Assembly: GCA_000091205.1 (NCBI GenBank)
Contig: AP006500.2
Source: Cyanidioschyzon merolae
Taxonomy: Eukaryota
DNA length: 64,000 nucleotides
Reading direction: 5' to 3' (one strand)
Shown: piece by piece, positions 42,784-54,128 of the stretch
Layout: each line of letters begins with the position of its first letter
Position numbering within the stretch: position 1 is the first letter of the stretch
Notes under the pieces: model-generated
The model's database searches: none
What the model was told of the DNA's origin: nothing
Seen by the model: the letters and a program-made list of their open reading frames with translations, nothing else
Program-made: the position numbers and the translations under genes

Positions 42784-45700
42784 ATGTCCCAATTGCGTGA
42801 AAGTTCACCCGTGCACTATCTCGTGCCCCGACAACCGGCTTTCGTTGAAGCGGAGCTTAGAGCCGAGGGCACGCGTCTGCTGTTTCTGTTGCATCGCTCG
42901 CGCCAGCAACTGGAAACGCTTTGGAGTGAACGTTCCACCGAGTTACTTTCCGGATCTAGTCCAAAACATGAAATTGAACGTCTAGACCGTCGCTTTTATA
43001 CCGAGTTGAGAAAGCTTGATCGCCTTGTTTCCCGCTTCCACCTCCTCGGGGGGCTTCTCCCGGCAGCGTTGCACCGCGAATTGACCTGGCTCTTTCTCAA
43101 CCTCTGCTTGGGTGACGCGGCTATCACGCTACGTGACTTGGATGTTCGTAGCGTCTGCGCCGAACGACTCTCGGCAACTTTGTTGCAGCGGGATCGGTAC
43201 GAGGCCCAGGTCGTCCGGCTTGCTCAGGAGGCTGCAGGCGTATCGGCGCCGTGGTCAGGTTCAACCAGTGGCGAACGTTGGCGGAAGCTCACGCAACCGC
43301 TGGCAGCTTTCGAGGGAATCTTCTGTGCACTTGACCGCATACTGCGAGCGTATCACTTTGATGATGACGTGTCCAGTGCGAGTGTGGACTTGGTTCCGCC
43401 CTGCTCCAATGATATCGAAGCGGATGCCTTGTCGTTGCATGGTGCCGTCCATAGTCCTCAAAGCCGCTCGATTCACGTGAGAGCGCTACTCGGGCTTGTG
43501 GAAGTGATTCGACCCTTGTTTGCGAGCTGTGCGGAGCGCATCTGGTGGGATCACTATCGGCCTCGTATCGTGGCAGCCGCTGAGCAGCACGCTCCCGAAG
43601 CCAGACGCCAGCTCTATCTGGAAGCCATCCTGTGTACGAAGCTACTGCCCACAGAGCTGGAGAGTGACGCAGACACCTCCGGATGCACCTGGGTGCGCGA
43701 TGCCTTCGAACACGGCTACAACGCGGGCGCATTCTCCGACGCACAGTGGAGCGGCAGCACGTTCACGGAGTGGGATACGCTGTGGTTAGAGCTGTGGTCA
43801 CGCGTAGCCCGGGATTTGTTGCCTATGACCCAGCGTCATGCATGGCAGGAGAGTCTGTCCAAGCAACCGCAAGAGAGGCAACAGAGCGCAAGAGAGAAGG
43901 AGCAGCTTCTGCTGCCCAGCATCGCGTCACTTTCTCAGAAAATTTTCGAGTCTCTAGGGATGCCTCTGGCTGACTTTGCGTACGCTCGTCCCGAAGATCA
44001 TGGATTTCCTGAGAGCATGCGCTTTGCAGTTGGCTCCAACGTCCCGGAACGAAGGATTCGTGCCTGCACCGAGCTCATGGTGCGCTACATCGGCAGCGGA
44101 GTGGATCCGTATGCGACCAACGAGTGCATCCTTACGGGGCTCAGGCGGCTGCTTGCCCTGACGGACATTGCGATCCATCCCAACCGCGGTGGTGTCTGGG
44201 CACCGCGTTTCGGCGCCTTTGTCGAGACACTAGCCACAGCGATGTTCGAGCGCGTCTCCCAGCAACAGATACACGGAGATTCAGCGCTATACGATCGAAT
44301 CGCGGATTGTCCCCAGGAATCCGAGCACCAACTCAGCACTGCTTGCGTATCGCGCATTGTGGAGATGCTGTCGGAGACTCTGGAGCGGGCGCTCTTATCC
44401 GCGAACAGAGCGCTGGCGAGTCGAGCGCAACACTCTCTGCGGTTGATGCTGCGGATGCTGGCCCCGACGTCGGACTCGGCGAGCTCGGCACCGCATCTAT
44501 CCCTGAGTTGCACGCGTTGGGCTCGAGCGCTCTTCGAGAGCGTCGTCCTTGATACGTTCGAACAGGAATCCAAGGCGTCGAGACGTGCCACGGCTGTAGG
44601 CGTGGCGATGATCCTGTTACCGTACCTGCTGCCGCCTCAGGATGGAGCGCCTGACGGGCGCGATGACGAGCTCGAGTCACAAGTCGCATCGCGGGAGTCA
44701 GTGGAAAATCGCCTTGTGCTTCTCCTGGACTATATCCTGGAAGGCACTTCAGCGAGCGACGCACCGTTTGCCGAGGCCGCCTACCACTTCTGCCTGCGCC
44801 TGCTGGATCTGGTTCATCCATTCATGCAGACGGAGCAGCACGCTTCGGTCGAAGTGGGTGTGTTTCTCTCACGCTCTGCATACACATTCTTGATCGAGGA
44901 GTGGCTCTACCGGTTCGCCGAGCGCATCTTCGACGTCCTGGATGCACTGGAGGATCGCGATGCCTCCTCGCCAGCGCCGTCCCTACAAGTGTTCGAAAAC
45001 CTCATCATGAGAATGAGTGAAGTACTGCAGAGCTATGAAGGCGACACTGACGCAGCGGACTCGCTATGGCATCGCCTCTTCATCGAAAAGGTCCTGGAGG
45101 AGCGACTCACTGGCCACCGAGCACTCGACAACGCCACGAAAGAGTGGTCTGCTGTCGTTCGTGCCCTGGTTGCTTCGACAGACAAGGCACCGGTGCGTCG
45201 TCGCCACGCGCTGATGGATCGCCTCTTGGCGGCTGCAGCTGCAGATGCAGATGCGGCTGCTGCACTGACGACGACATCATCAACAACAACAACAACGCCG
45301 CCGACGCTCCAGGCATGGCGACTTGGCCTGCTGGGTCAGGCGTGTCGACGCTATGCAGACGCTTCGGAGCTTGCGCTTCGCTACGGAGATCGCATTGCGG
45401 TGCTAATACAACGTGCCTGTTGCGCTGTTGCTGAGCGCTCGGTCTACAAAGCGGGCGGCAAACTGCTCCGTGGCTTGATGCAAGGACTGACCGATTCGTG
45501 GCCTGTAGCTGTGCGAGCAAAACAGGTACCAGTTGCCGAGCGCTGGCAGCGTGTGCGCACGCTCTGGCATCAAGGCTGCTCCTTGAGTCTCTGCATTCAG
45601 CAGATCAGCTGGCAGCACATCGAGATTCAGTGGCATGAACCTTGCCCTGATGCGGTTCAGTATGCGTGGTCCTTGTTTGCGCAGAATCTGCGAGCGATAG

Positions 45701-48700
45701 AAGCATTCCTCGGTGACGCTTCCGCATCCATCGATACCAATAAGGCCAAAGCAGCTGCTCGCTGGCTCTTTGCGCTTCGTCGCGGAGCACGCTGGTTGCT
45801 CTCCGGGAAGCGCATGCGCTCTGGTCTGGATTCCATCGGTGACGAAATGATCGACAATGCTTTCAATGCAGAGGACGCGTTTGATACACTAGACGAGGAT
45901 CTCCCGGGCGCGTTTACCGACTCGAATGACGCTGAGCCCGTATCCGACTCGCCCCGCAAATCACCCGACTGGACTGCCTTGAATGGCAATGCTTCGGGCT
46001 TTCTCGACTTGCTTCCATCGAATGCAACGCAACTGCTCGAGCAGTGGCAAGCGCTGGTGCTGCGCATCGTCCTCGCTGCAGATCCGGATACGCTTCAACG
46101 CGATGCCCTGCGACCGTTGGAGATCGGGCACCAGGGCTTTTCCATCGATGACGCTGGGGCACAACGCGCCGGACGAGGTCGTGCTCGTCGACGCTTTGCG
46201 CTGCGGGCGGTTAACGAGTCCGCAGTGGATGTGAGCGGGTGGGCGCTGCTGGAGGCACCGCCCTGGAGCTTGCAGGCGTTTGCGTTGGCGGCACTGGAGA
46301 GCCGGCGCTCGCTCGCCGCTCGTGCCGGGAGCTTTGCGATATGCTGCGGCAGCATAGCAGCCGCACACGATGATGCATTCCCCAAGCCGCTCCTCAAAGT
46401 CTTGCTCTCGGAGCGCGGCGTCTTGAGTGACTTTCCGGGCGTCGGGCGTCGAGCACGGGCACTGCTGCTTCCCGCGTGTCGATTCCTGTCGCTGTATTCG
46501 CTCAGAGCGCTCGTTCTGAGACCCATTCTTCACGAACTCGACGCAGCGGCTGCAATCGACGACAAAGTTCTGCTTCGACAACAACGTACCCGTTTGGAAA
46601 GCGTTTTTCTTCTGCTCGATGCGCTGTCACCGCGACTCGCCAGCGAAGCACGACTCTTCCGGGAGCTCGTGGCGACGGTGTTACGCACTGCCTGTCGCGG
46701 TACCTGGATGACCAATCTAGCCAGCGTATATGCGTTTGCAATGAGGCTCTTGTTCAAGGTTGCGCTTCGTGTGCGCAGACTCGCGATGCTGAGCTCGACG
46801 CCACCTCGTGATGAGCGCTGTGCGACGCTGCCCAGCATCGACGCCGGACACCAGCTATCCGAGGGAGCATTTGCGTCGATGCTCCTCTGCGTCGCACAGC
46901 GGGGTGCGTATCCGGAGCCTTGCGCGAACGTCGCAGCGTTGACAGGCGCGACGCAGCAGCTGGCGTGGCCCACACGCGCAGTTGCTGCCTGGCTTCTGAT
47001 CCAATATGATCTCGTTCGTGAAGCGCACTGGCGGGCACTCGGTGTGCGGGACTCGTTCAGCGACTCCGTGGCGGTGAGCTGGCGACGAGCCCTGGACGCT
47101 GCCATGTCGCTCGCAAACGATGCCCATCATGCGGCACTGCGACGACTCGGTACGTTGCTGGTCTGCCGACTCAGCGCGTGCAGTATCGCGCGATCGAATG
47201 CTCTCGATGCTTCGTGGCGCTCCGCGGAGCAAGTCCAGGCCCTGTTGTACGCCATGTATCTGGATGCCAAGGGCCCGTTGTCGCTCTTCATATCGTCGGC
47301 ATCGAGTCCGACGGATGCTGCAGCAGCTGCAGCGGCAAACGAAGGCGATGTGTTGTCGAGTCTGACTGCTGCGGTCGCTCAGCAGTGGACGGGAGCAGCA
47401 GCTGCAGCGGGGTCGATCGCTGCCGGCGCCCTGGCGGATGTCATCCTCGATGCGGCGGCGGCATCGTGGGAGCTGCTCAGCGGTGGCCCTGTGTGGCCGT
47501 CCATTCGCGACGGCTGCCTGGGCTCTTCTCTCATGGTTAGTCGACAACCCGGTGAACACTGGACATTCGCCATGCTGACGCGAGTGCGATGCCTTGAGCG
47601 CCTCCATGGACTGATGGATGCATCGGAACGACAACGCGTCCAGTGGTACCGCGAGTCGGCGCCTGACCTCTCGATGCTCCACGGTACGCAGGTTGTCGAT
47701 GGCGACGGTGCCGCGGACGACCGCCTGCGCAAACTCGAGCACGAGATCCTGGTAGCCACCGCGAGTCGCGATCTGGACAGACTAGCGCAATGCATCGAAA
47801 AATGTCCGTCGCAGCTGGTATGGCGGAGTCTGATCGTGCCAGCGCTGCGATATCTGGCCGACCAGCCGCTGTATTCGGAAGCGGAGCTTGCCGACAAACA
47901 CCCGCTCATCGATATGGTGATGAGGTTAGCGAGTGCTCGTGTGCGACGGGCGCCCAATGCCTGGAATGCGCTCCTGGATGAGACTGTACCACACACCGAC
48001 GCGACAGCGGTCGTGCGTACGCTGCATTGCCTCGAAGCGCTGGGTCGAGTAGCGCCACCAGCTTCGTTGCGCTACGAGCTTCTCATGGGGCGCCTCTCTG
48101 GCGTCGAGCGGGATGCTGCTGCATCGCTCCTGGCTGTCTGGGTCGCGAATCATCGCTCGCTACTGACCGAGATGCTGGAGCGATGGCGGTTGTATGTCGC
48201 GGGACTGGAGGCGGCTTTCACGTCTGGGGGCGTGCCGGCTCAGGGCGCCTTGCCTGACCGTCTGTTCGCAGCCCGGGATACACTGATAAGCTTCCTGGAG
48301 CGACTTTGTAGCTGGCGACTGCACGATGTTGCAGCGTTCTTCCAGCAACAGCCGATCTCGGTGATCGACTGGTGCCTGGCGCAGCTGGGTACCGCGCTTG
48401 TGTTCAGCGACGACCTCCGTGGCGACGTTTCCGGAATGCCCGGGAGCACGGGCTCAGCGGCGACGCTCGGGCAACGCGAATCCTTAGCGCAGCATGCGCG
48501 CAACACCTGGTATCTCTTGGCACAGACGCGAGCGCTGGTCCTTTTCCAGCGTACGTTATACGCAGTCGCTGAAGCGCGTCGAGACCCTCGCTTGTGGCCG
48601 TTCCGCGAAGCCGCCCTGCAAGCTGTTCGCCTTGCGATGAATGACCACCCGTTTGCATTGGTTGAGGGCGCCACAGCCACAGCCGCAGGCACTTCAGCCA

Positions 48701-49203
48701 GCACACCAGCATTGCAATGGATCGACGAGCTACTACCCTTTCTGAACGACACCGAAGTTGCCGTTCGCAAAGTCGCTGCCCAAGCGCTGGCGGCATGGAG
48801 CCGCTGGTTCGTACCCCATGCCTCTGATCACGATGATGAACGCATGCTCCACGAACCTGTTATTCGGACGTACTGGTGCGAGGCCAATGATCGAATCGAC
48901 GACCAGGGCCGAGCGCTGGTGCTCGCCGCACTCATCCAGTACCATCCGTACAACGTCCGCCCGCGTTGGATGTCGGATGTGCTCCATGCACTGGTGCGCC
49001 TCACTGAAGTACGATCCTCGAATCGAGCGTCGCTTCATCATTCGACGGCTCGCCGACGCGAAGCAGCGCAGGTCGCGCGCCAGTGCCTGCAGGCGTTTCG
49101 CCATATGCACCACGCACAGTGGACTCGCGAACAGCAACAACTTGAACCGAGCGTTCGCGAGCAACTTGCGGACTTGTGGCTCGGAAGTGCGTACGTCGTC
49201 TAA
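42784..49203 (+). CDS. PSME4: Proteasome activator Blm10/PA200 (PSME4) homolog, a large HEAT-like repeat protein
   Basis: ORF of 2195 codons (the track start is TTG at 42616; the first ATG is at 42784). The C-terminus FRHMHHAQWTREQQQLEPSVREQLADLWLGSAYVV parallels the human PA200 end [35 protein letters not shown]. The rest is alpha-helical repeat sequence throughout. Confidence 0.7.
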   Translation: MSQLRESSPVHYLVPRQPAFVEAELRAEGTRLLFLLHRSRQQLETLWSERSTELLSGSSPKHEIERLDRRFYTELRKLDRLVSRFHLLGGLLPAALHRELTWLFLNLCLGDAAITLRDLDVRSVCAERLSATLLQRDRYEAQVVRLAQEAAGVSAPWSGSTSGERWRKLTQPLAAFEGIFCALDRILRAYHFDDDVSSASVDLVPPCSNDIEADALSLHGAVHSPQSRSIHVRALLGLVEVIRPLFASCAERIWWDHYRPRIVAAAEQHAPEARRQLYLEAILCTKLLPTELESDADTSGCTWVRDAFEHGYNAGAFSDAQWSGSTFTEWDTLWLELWSRVARDLLPMTQRHAWQESLSKQPQERQQSAREKEQLLLPSIASLSQKIFESLGMPLADFAYARPEDHGFPESMRFAVGSNVPERRIRACTELMVRYIGSGVDPYATNECILTGLRRLLALTDIAIHPNRGGVWAPRFGAFVETLATAMFERVSQQQIHGDSALYDRIADCPQESEHQLSTACVSRIVEMLSETLERALLSANRALASRAQHSLRLMLRMLAPTSDSASSAPHLSLSCTRWARALFESVVLDTFEQESKASRRATAVGVAMILLPYLLPPQDGAPDGRDDELESQVASRESVENRLVLLLDYILEGTSASDAPFAEAAYHFCLRLLDLVHPFMQTEQHASVEVGVFLSRSAYTFLIEEWLYRFAERIFDVLDALEDRDASSPAPSLQVFENLIMRMSEVLQSYEGDTDAADSLWHRLFIEKVLEERLTGHRALDNATKEWSAVVRALVASTDKAPVRRRHALMDRLLAAAAADADAAAALTTTSSTTTTTPPTLQAWRLGLLGQACRRYADASELALRYGDRIAVLIQRACCAVAERSVYKAGGKLLRGLMQGLTDSWPVAVRAKQVPVAERWQRVRTLWHQGCSLSLCIQQISWQHIEIQWHEPCPDAVQYAWSLFAQNLRAIEAFLGDASASIDTNKAKAAARWLFALRRGARWLLSGKRMRSGLDSIGDEMIDNAFNAEDAFDTLDEDLPGAFTDSNDAEPVSDSPRKSPDWTALNGNASGFLDLLPSNATQLLEQWQALVLRIVLAADPDTLQRDALRPLEIGHQGFSIDDAGAQRAGRGRARRRFALRAVNESAVDVSGWALLEAPPWSLQAFALAALESRRSLAARAGSFAICCGSIAAAHDDAFPKPLLKVLLSERGVLSDFPGVGRRARALLLPACRFLSLYSLRALVLRPILHELDAAAAIDDKVLLRQQRTRLESVFLLLDALSPRLASEARLFRELVATVLRTACRGTWMTNLASVYAFAMRLLFKVALRVRRLAMLSSTPPRDERCATLPSIDAGHQLSEGAFASMLLCVAQRGAYPEPCANVAALTGATQQLAWPTRAVAAWLLIQYDLVREAHWRALGVRDSFSDSVAVSWRRALDAAMSLANDAHHAALRRLGTLLVCRLSACSIARSNALDASWRSAEQVQALLYAMYLDAKGPLSLFISSASSPTDAAAAAAANEGDVLSSLTAAVAQQWTGAAAAAGSIAAGALADVILDAAAASWELLSGGPVWPSIRDGCLGSSLMVSRQPGEHWTFAMLTRVRCLERLHGLMDASERQRVQWYRESAPDLSMLHGTQVVDGDGAADDRLRKLEHEILVATASRDLDRLAQCIEKCPSQLVWRSLIVPALRYLADQPLYSEAELADKHPLIDMVMRLASARVRRAPNAWNALLDETVPHTDATAVVRTLHCLEALGRVAPPASLRYELLMGRLSGVERDAAASLLAVWVANHRSLLTEMLERWRLYVAGLEAAFTSGGVPAQGALPDRLFAARDTLISFLERLCSWRLHDVAAFFQQQPISVIDWCLAQLGTALVFSDDLRGDVSGMPGSTGSAATLGQRESLAQHARNTWYLLAQTRALVLFQRTLYAVAEARRDPRLWPFREAALQAVRLAMNDHPFALVEGATATAAGTSASTPALQWIDELLPFLNDTEVAVRKVAAQALAAWSRWFVPHASDHDDERMLHEPVIRTYWCEANDRIDDQGRALVLAALIQYHPYNVRPRWMSDVLHALVRLTEVRSSNRASLHHSTARRREAAQVARQCLQAFRHMHHAQWTREQQQLEPSVREQLADLWLGSAYVV

Positions 49204-50192
49204 GGACACGGCACACGTGATAAGGTATCTTGGAAAAAAACTGGACACGTACGAATCACATTTAAACATCCACGCCCATCGTGGCGCTACCAGGACAACG
49301 GGACACGTATCTCCTACGAAACGCGCGATCTGCAATGCAAACTTGCAATCTTAGATACAACTAGGCAGAAATCGGTACTTGATTCGATGCCTCACTGCAT
49401 CCAGCGCGCCGATCGGACACCGCATGTATGCCAAGCGGCTGGCAAGTAGCGGGAAAACGCATCCGCTGTTGTTCTTGTTGTAGTTGCTGTTGTTGTTCGC
49501 GATCCGTAGATTCGCAAGCGTGCGTGCGTGCGCGCACCCGAACGTAGCGACGCTCATTGCAAGTGATCGACAAGCATAGGATGCCTGCAATATCAACCGG
49601 TGATCACAGGGGCTTGTTTGCGCACACTGTGCTTCCAGAGCATGACGAGAACGATACACTTGCAATGGGGTGGACGCACGTGCCCTGTAAGGGCACATAC
49701 ACATACACACACATGAATGCAAGCATGCACGCACCCTATCGTCCAAGGAGCGGTCGACGAGCGGCACCGATAATGCGGTAACCTGGATCGTTTGCGCGAC
49801 TCCTTTGACGGGATCTTTTACGCGGCATACATCTTGAAAGGATGGAAAGTGATTCGCACGCCTCGTGTCTTGATTGGACACGCCACCAACTATGATCATC
49901 TCCATACGAAATGGCAAAGAGCGCATCTCTCCGTCTGTAAACTTTCCTGCAACGTATTGTTTTTTTCCATGAAAATTCTGCATACTCTGAACTGGACACG
50001 GTTCCTTTGGATTTTTTGAATTGAAACTGTTATGAATGATCATCCCGAATCAGAACTGTTAAGCAAACGGCCACGCCATGTAACGGGTGCCTGTACACGA
50101 GCCGCGCCCACACACCGAAGCGTGGAAGCGGCGAACTTATCGGACACTCGTATAGACAGGCATCCACCTCATGCGTCGCACATGGCAGCACA

Positions 50193-52397
50193 TTATGCAG
50201 TGGAGGATGCAGGCGCCTCCTCATCATTCGATGTCGATACAGGTAATGTGCTTTCGGTTGAGGCATCGGCGTTGGCGGCCGACGCTGGCTGTACTGGGGC
50301 AGTAGGCGAGCCCGGCGGCGGGCAGGTCGGCACCGTAGACGACGAAGACAACGATAACGATAACGATGATGATCGTGATGGTGATGATGACTCGGTCTCC
50401 TCTTCGCTCAGGTGATCCGATCCCAGAGCTGCTGAGGTAGCTGCTTTTTTTCTGCTTTGGAGGAGTTGCTCCGCTTTGCGAATATGCCGCAGGGACTGTT
50501 GGCTGATCACTGATTCGTCGGCTCCAAGTGCACGCAGTTGCGCCTTGGTAAACGCCATGTCGCACACGTTCTTGAGCTGCGCGAGTGCAGCACCGCCGTC
50601 CACTTTTTCCATGCGGCGAGCTTCGCGCAGGAGCTTGAGTTGGTACTTTTGTAAATGCGTGCGCACCTGCTTCGGACTGCGGCTCTTCACGATACCAGCG
50701 ATGGCAGCGAAATTCTTCGGACCGAACTTTTTGCAGCCTAGCAGAAAGAGCTCGTGTTCCACGTCTGCCCAATACCGTGTAGTGCCCAGCGGCCGTGCAT
50801 GACGTTCACCCCGCCTCGAGCGGCGCTTCGTAGTTAGGTTCAGCTCGCTTCCTGCAGATTGTGCGAGTGAAGGCGCCCCATTCGTGCCGACACTGGAGGA
50901 TCCCTCTGGGCCAGTCATCTCTGAGAATTCTCTGCGAGACCTTTGCCGTGCTGCGGCTGCCATTTGCTGACGATAATTCATCTTCTCGAGCGCCTCAGCT
51001 GCCGGACCAAATACTTCGCGTGCTGCAGAACAGGCCTCAGCCGCCTGGCGTGAAGGAAAGAGGAAAGTTCCATCGTGGAATGGTGCAAAAGCGCATTGAT
51101 TCCCTAGGCGTGTCTCGGGAACGTTACCGGTAGTTCCACTCGCGAACGACGCGGCTTTCCCAGTTTGGTGCTTATCCGAGTCAGTGATTTGCGCTCCTTC
51201 GTCGAGGGCAACCAAATTCCGGGCGCTGCTGCTCCTCGATACGACTGCATCCACAATGCCGGGAAGAAGACGCCGGTCGCACACGCCGAACCCCTGGCTA
51301 TCCTCGAATACAGAGCAATCCTCCCCGTCGATCGCCGCAGTGGGGGCACTTATCAGGTTCTGGGTGCCGCTTTGACCAACACCAGCGGTGAAACCGCTAC
51401 CGGATACGATGTGGCGAAGCTTCTCGGCCTGAGTGCGCTCCTTGTCCAAGAACTTCCTACTCGGCTCAAAGGTCGCAACGTATGCGGGTGTAAGCGGGGA
51501 GAATACACCAGCAATATGATGATGCACGTCCGGAGTTGAAGCGGACTCTCCTCTCAGATACTTCTCAAGCATGCGCTGCAGAGCAGCTACTTCCGAACGG
51601 GACTTCTCAAGCTCGCATTCGAGCCGGCGAATGCGATCCGACTGCTGCTCAATCATCGTCAACAAATCCGAATCTTCTGTGGCTTCACTCGATTTGTGTG
51701 CGGACTTGATTCCACGGTCCCACGTCTGCATAAAACGATCGTCACAGCCAAGCGCCTCGTCTCCAATGCCAATGTGCAGCATAGGCAGCGCATCCATCTG
51801 GGCCGTCTCATGGATAGAATGCATGTCCGAGGCGGAACTCACGGAGAATGCTACTTCACTAATCTGTCCAAAGTTTGAAGCATCAGCGCTTATCTCTGTC
51901 CCCGGTGAGCTGTAATCTGGATCAAGCGCATCGACAAGCACACCCAAAACGTCGTTCAAATCGATGTCCTCCGTAGCGCTCTCGCAAAAGCGTCCGGGTG
52001 CGCGCCCTGTCATGCGAGATGTCTGCAACGCTGTTTCCGTCAGTTTCACAGCTCTACCGCCGCTCACGCTCTGCTTCGTCTTCGATACTTCCACACAAGG
52101 TTGCAGCAACGACGCCGTGGGGCTCTCGTCTCTTCCACTCCACGCACACGTTTTGTCCTCTGCGTCTCTGAGCCAGCCCACTTCACGATCCGCGCTCGCG
52201 GCGTCAGGGCTCAACCGAGAAATTGCGCTTGCGCTCCTCGAAATGTTCCCACCGGCTTCGTTATACTCGCCTCTTTCGCACCTGCCCTTCCAGGCTTTCG
52301 AAAACGAACCGGCAAAGTCACACTCGGTTGAAGTAGGTGTAACACAGGTTGCAACGCCAACACCAGTTCCCGTATGGAGTGTTCCCAACGTCGCCAT
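50193..52397 (-). CDS. SHAQKYF-class Myb/SANT-domain protein with a coiled coil and a Ser-rich acidic tail
   Basis: ATG at 52397. Motifs: RYWADVEHELFLLGCKKFGPKNFAAIAGIVKSRSPKQVRTHLQKYQLKL (Myb_DNA-binding, SHAQKYF type); a coiled coil IRRLECELEKSRSEVAALQRMLEKYL; C-terminal SSSPSRSSSLSLSLSSSS. Confidence 0.55.
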   Translation of the reverse strand: MATLGTLHTGTGVGVATCVTPTSTECDFAGSFSKAWKGRCERGEYNEAGGNISRSASAISRLSPDAASADREVGWLRDAEDKTCAWSGRDESPTASLLQPCVEVSKTKQSVSGGRAVKLTETALQTSRMTGRAPGRFCESATEDIDLNDVLGVLVDALDPDYSSPGTEISADASNFGQISEVAFSVSSASDMHSIHETAQMDALPMLHIGIGDEALGCDDRFMQTWDRGIKSAHKSSEATEDSDLLTMIEQQSDRIRRLECELEKSRSEVAALQRMLEKYLRGESASTPDVHHHIAGVFSPLTPAYVATFEPSRKFLDKERTQAEKLRHIVSGSGFTAGVGQSGTQNLISAPTAAIDGEDCSVFEDSQGFGVCDRRLLPGIVDAVVSRSSSARNLVALDEGAQITDSDKHQTGKAASFASGTTGNVPETRLGNQCAFAPFHDGTFLFPSRQAAEACSAAREVFGPAAEALEKMNYRQQMAAAARQRSRREFSEMTGPEGSSSVGTNGAPSLAQSAGSELNLTTKRRSRRGERHARPLGTTRYWADVEHELFLLGCKKFGPKNFAAIAGIVKSRSPKQVRTHLQKYQLKLLREARRMEKVDGGAALAQLKNVCDMAFTKAQLRALGADESVISQQSLRHIRKAEQLLQSRKKAATSAALGSDHLSEEETESSSPSRSSSLSLSLSSSSTVPTCPPPGSPTAPVQPASAANADASTESTLPVSTSNDEEAPASSTA

Positions 52398-52441
52398 CTC
52401 TCCGCGCCTTTTTCGACAAACTTGTACCGGACTTGATTAGT

Positions 52442-52467
52442 CACACGCACACAAACACACACACACC
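52442..52467. repeat. (CA)n-type microsatellite
   Basis: cacacgcacacaaacacacacacacc. Confidence 0.9.
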
Positions 52468-54128
52468 TTCGTCAGTAATAGGGTCCCCGTCCTTTGAGCC
52501 AGTTAGAGCCTGCAGTTGCCGCCGCGGCGTCGTGCTTCTTCGCGCTTAAACGCAGTCAAACCTGTCGTATACGGAGCATCCGCACGTTACGCTATCGTCG
52601 CCGATCCTTCGTCGAAATCGCGAGACCCCGCGGCGGTGTCGCGCGATCGTCGAAGCGCGCACGAACACCACGAACACGAGGGCTTGTGAGAGGCCGCACG
52701 AATGGCTTGGTTCAAAGCGTGTCCGTTATATCCAGATAAGTTCGTTATCTGAGATTTTTTCGATGCGTCGCTATGTCACGCGCTCAGTCGTTATATGTGA
52801 CACGTGTTTGGCACGCGCTTCCTCCAGCGGCGATGCGGGCGGCGATCCTACCTGGCGGGCGCTAGGGCGCCGAGACGCGCTCAGTCGTGCGTTTCATCAG
52901 CGTTTTAAGATCGTTTCTTGAGCGTCTTGGGCGACAATCGCGCGCTGCTCGATGGTGCGCGGTTAGCGGCTCATCCAGACGCGGGACCTGCACAGAAGAT
53001 GGTACGAGCGGCGATCCACATGGCACACACGCCTGCAACCCGCGTACATATGTGGGGCATCGTTGTTGTCGGTATGCTGAACGCGTGATCCATGCGTCCA
53101 CGAGCTTGAGGCCATGCTTTTAGGGGAAGCGAAATATATTCAGAAATGAGTTAGAGAAGCGTTCGTCCGCGTATCCGGGACTATCGATTCTGAAAGCTAC
53201 GCGCTTTCCTGCACGCCGGTGTGTCTGCTGGGACCCGTCCGAGGCGTTCACAACACGGTACTCCACCGCGAGACGTCTGCGGAGACTGTCTCTTCACGGG
53301 ATCGAGGCGCGTTCCATCAGTGCCAGAAGCGTTCTACGGCGACACAGAAGATTTGTGAACTCCTCGGGTGTCCGTTCGAGACGTTAGTGACCTGCGCTGG
53401 AACCAGGGGCTTGTTGCCGGTCTTGAATAGACCCGCAGCGCAGACAAGGCCACTAACACCACGGATGACGCGCTGGCGGAACGTGGCGACGAAGGCAATC
53501 TCTGAGCACTTGCCGCAGCAGCGTGATGCGCCCCAGTGCGACTGAACTGCAACGAAGCCATGCTTACTGTAGACGAGCCCGAAGGAACGACGGAAGGAGC
53601 CCGTTCGGCTCCTTCCTTAATTCAGCGTTCTGGAACAGGAACAGGAACGTGTCCGTAAACGAGGCGGAGCATGTCGCCTGGCAATCAGCAAGCTCCGCCC
53701 ACCCGGTGGATCCTCGCGCGCCACTCTTGAGCGAATCGCGATTGGCACAGGCCCCACAACACCCACGTGCATGGAAGAAACACAATTCTTGAATCTGGTG
53801 CCAAATTGCTGAACATGCGAACAAAAGACTCGAGACTTTGATGCCATAGCATGCCAAGCGCTCTTTCGCCACCGCAAACCTCCATGGCATAGTTGGTATC
53901 CACAAGGTCGCCAGATCAACGTTACCGCTGTGTCTAACTCGGACACGCTTCCGAAGCATTTGGAGTGTTTTACCGTTCATAGAGAAGCTGTGCTGTCTCT
54001 CATGGTCGCCAGCCTGCCGCATCTGCGCACACGATAGGGAACGTGATTCAATGAACTGATCGCCGCACTGGCAGCACCCCAGGCGTGGTAGCGAACCGGC
54101 AAGGCAGGCTAGGCACCGAGAGGCTCGT

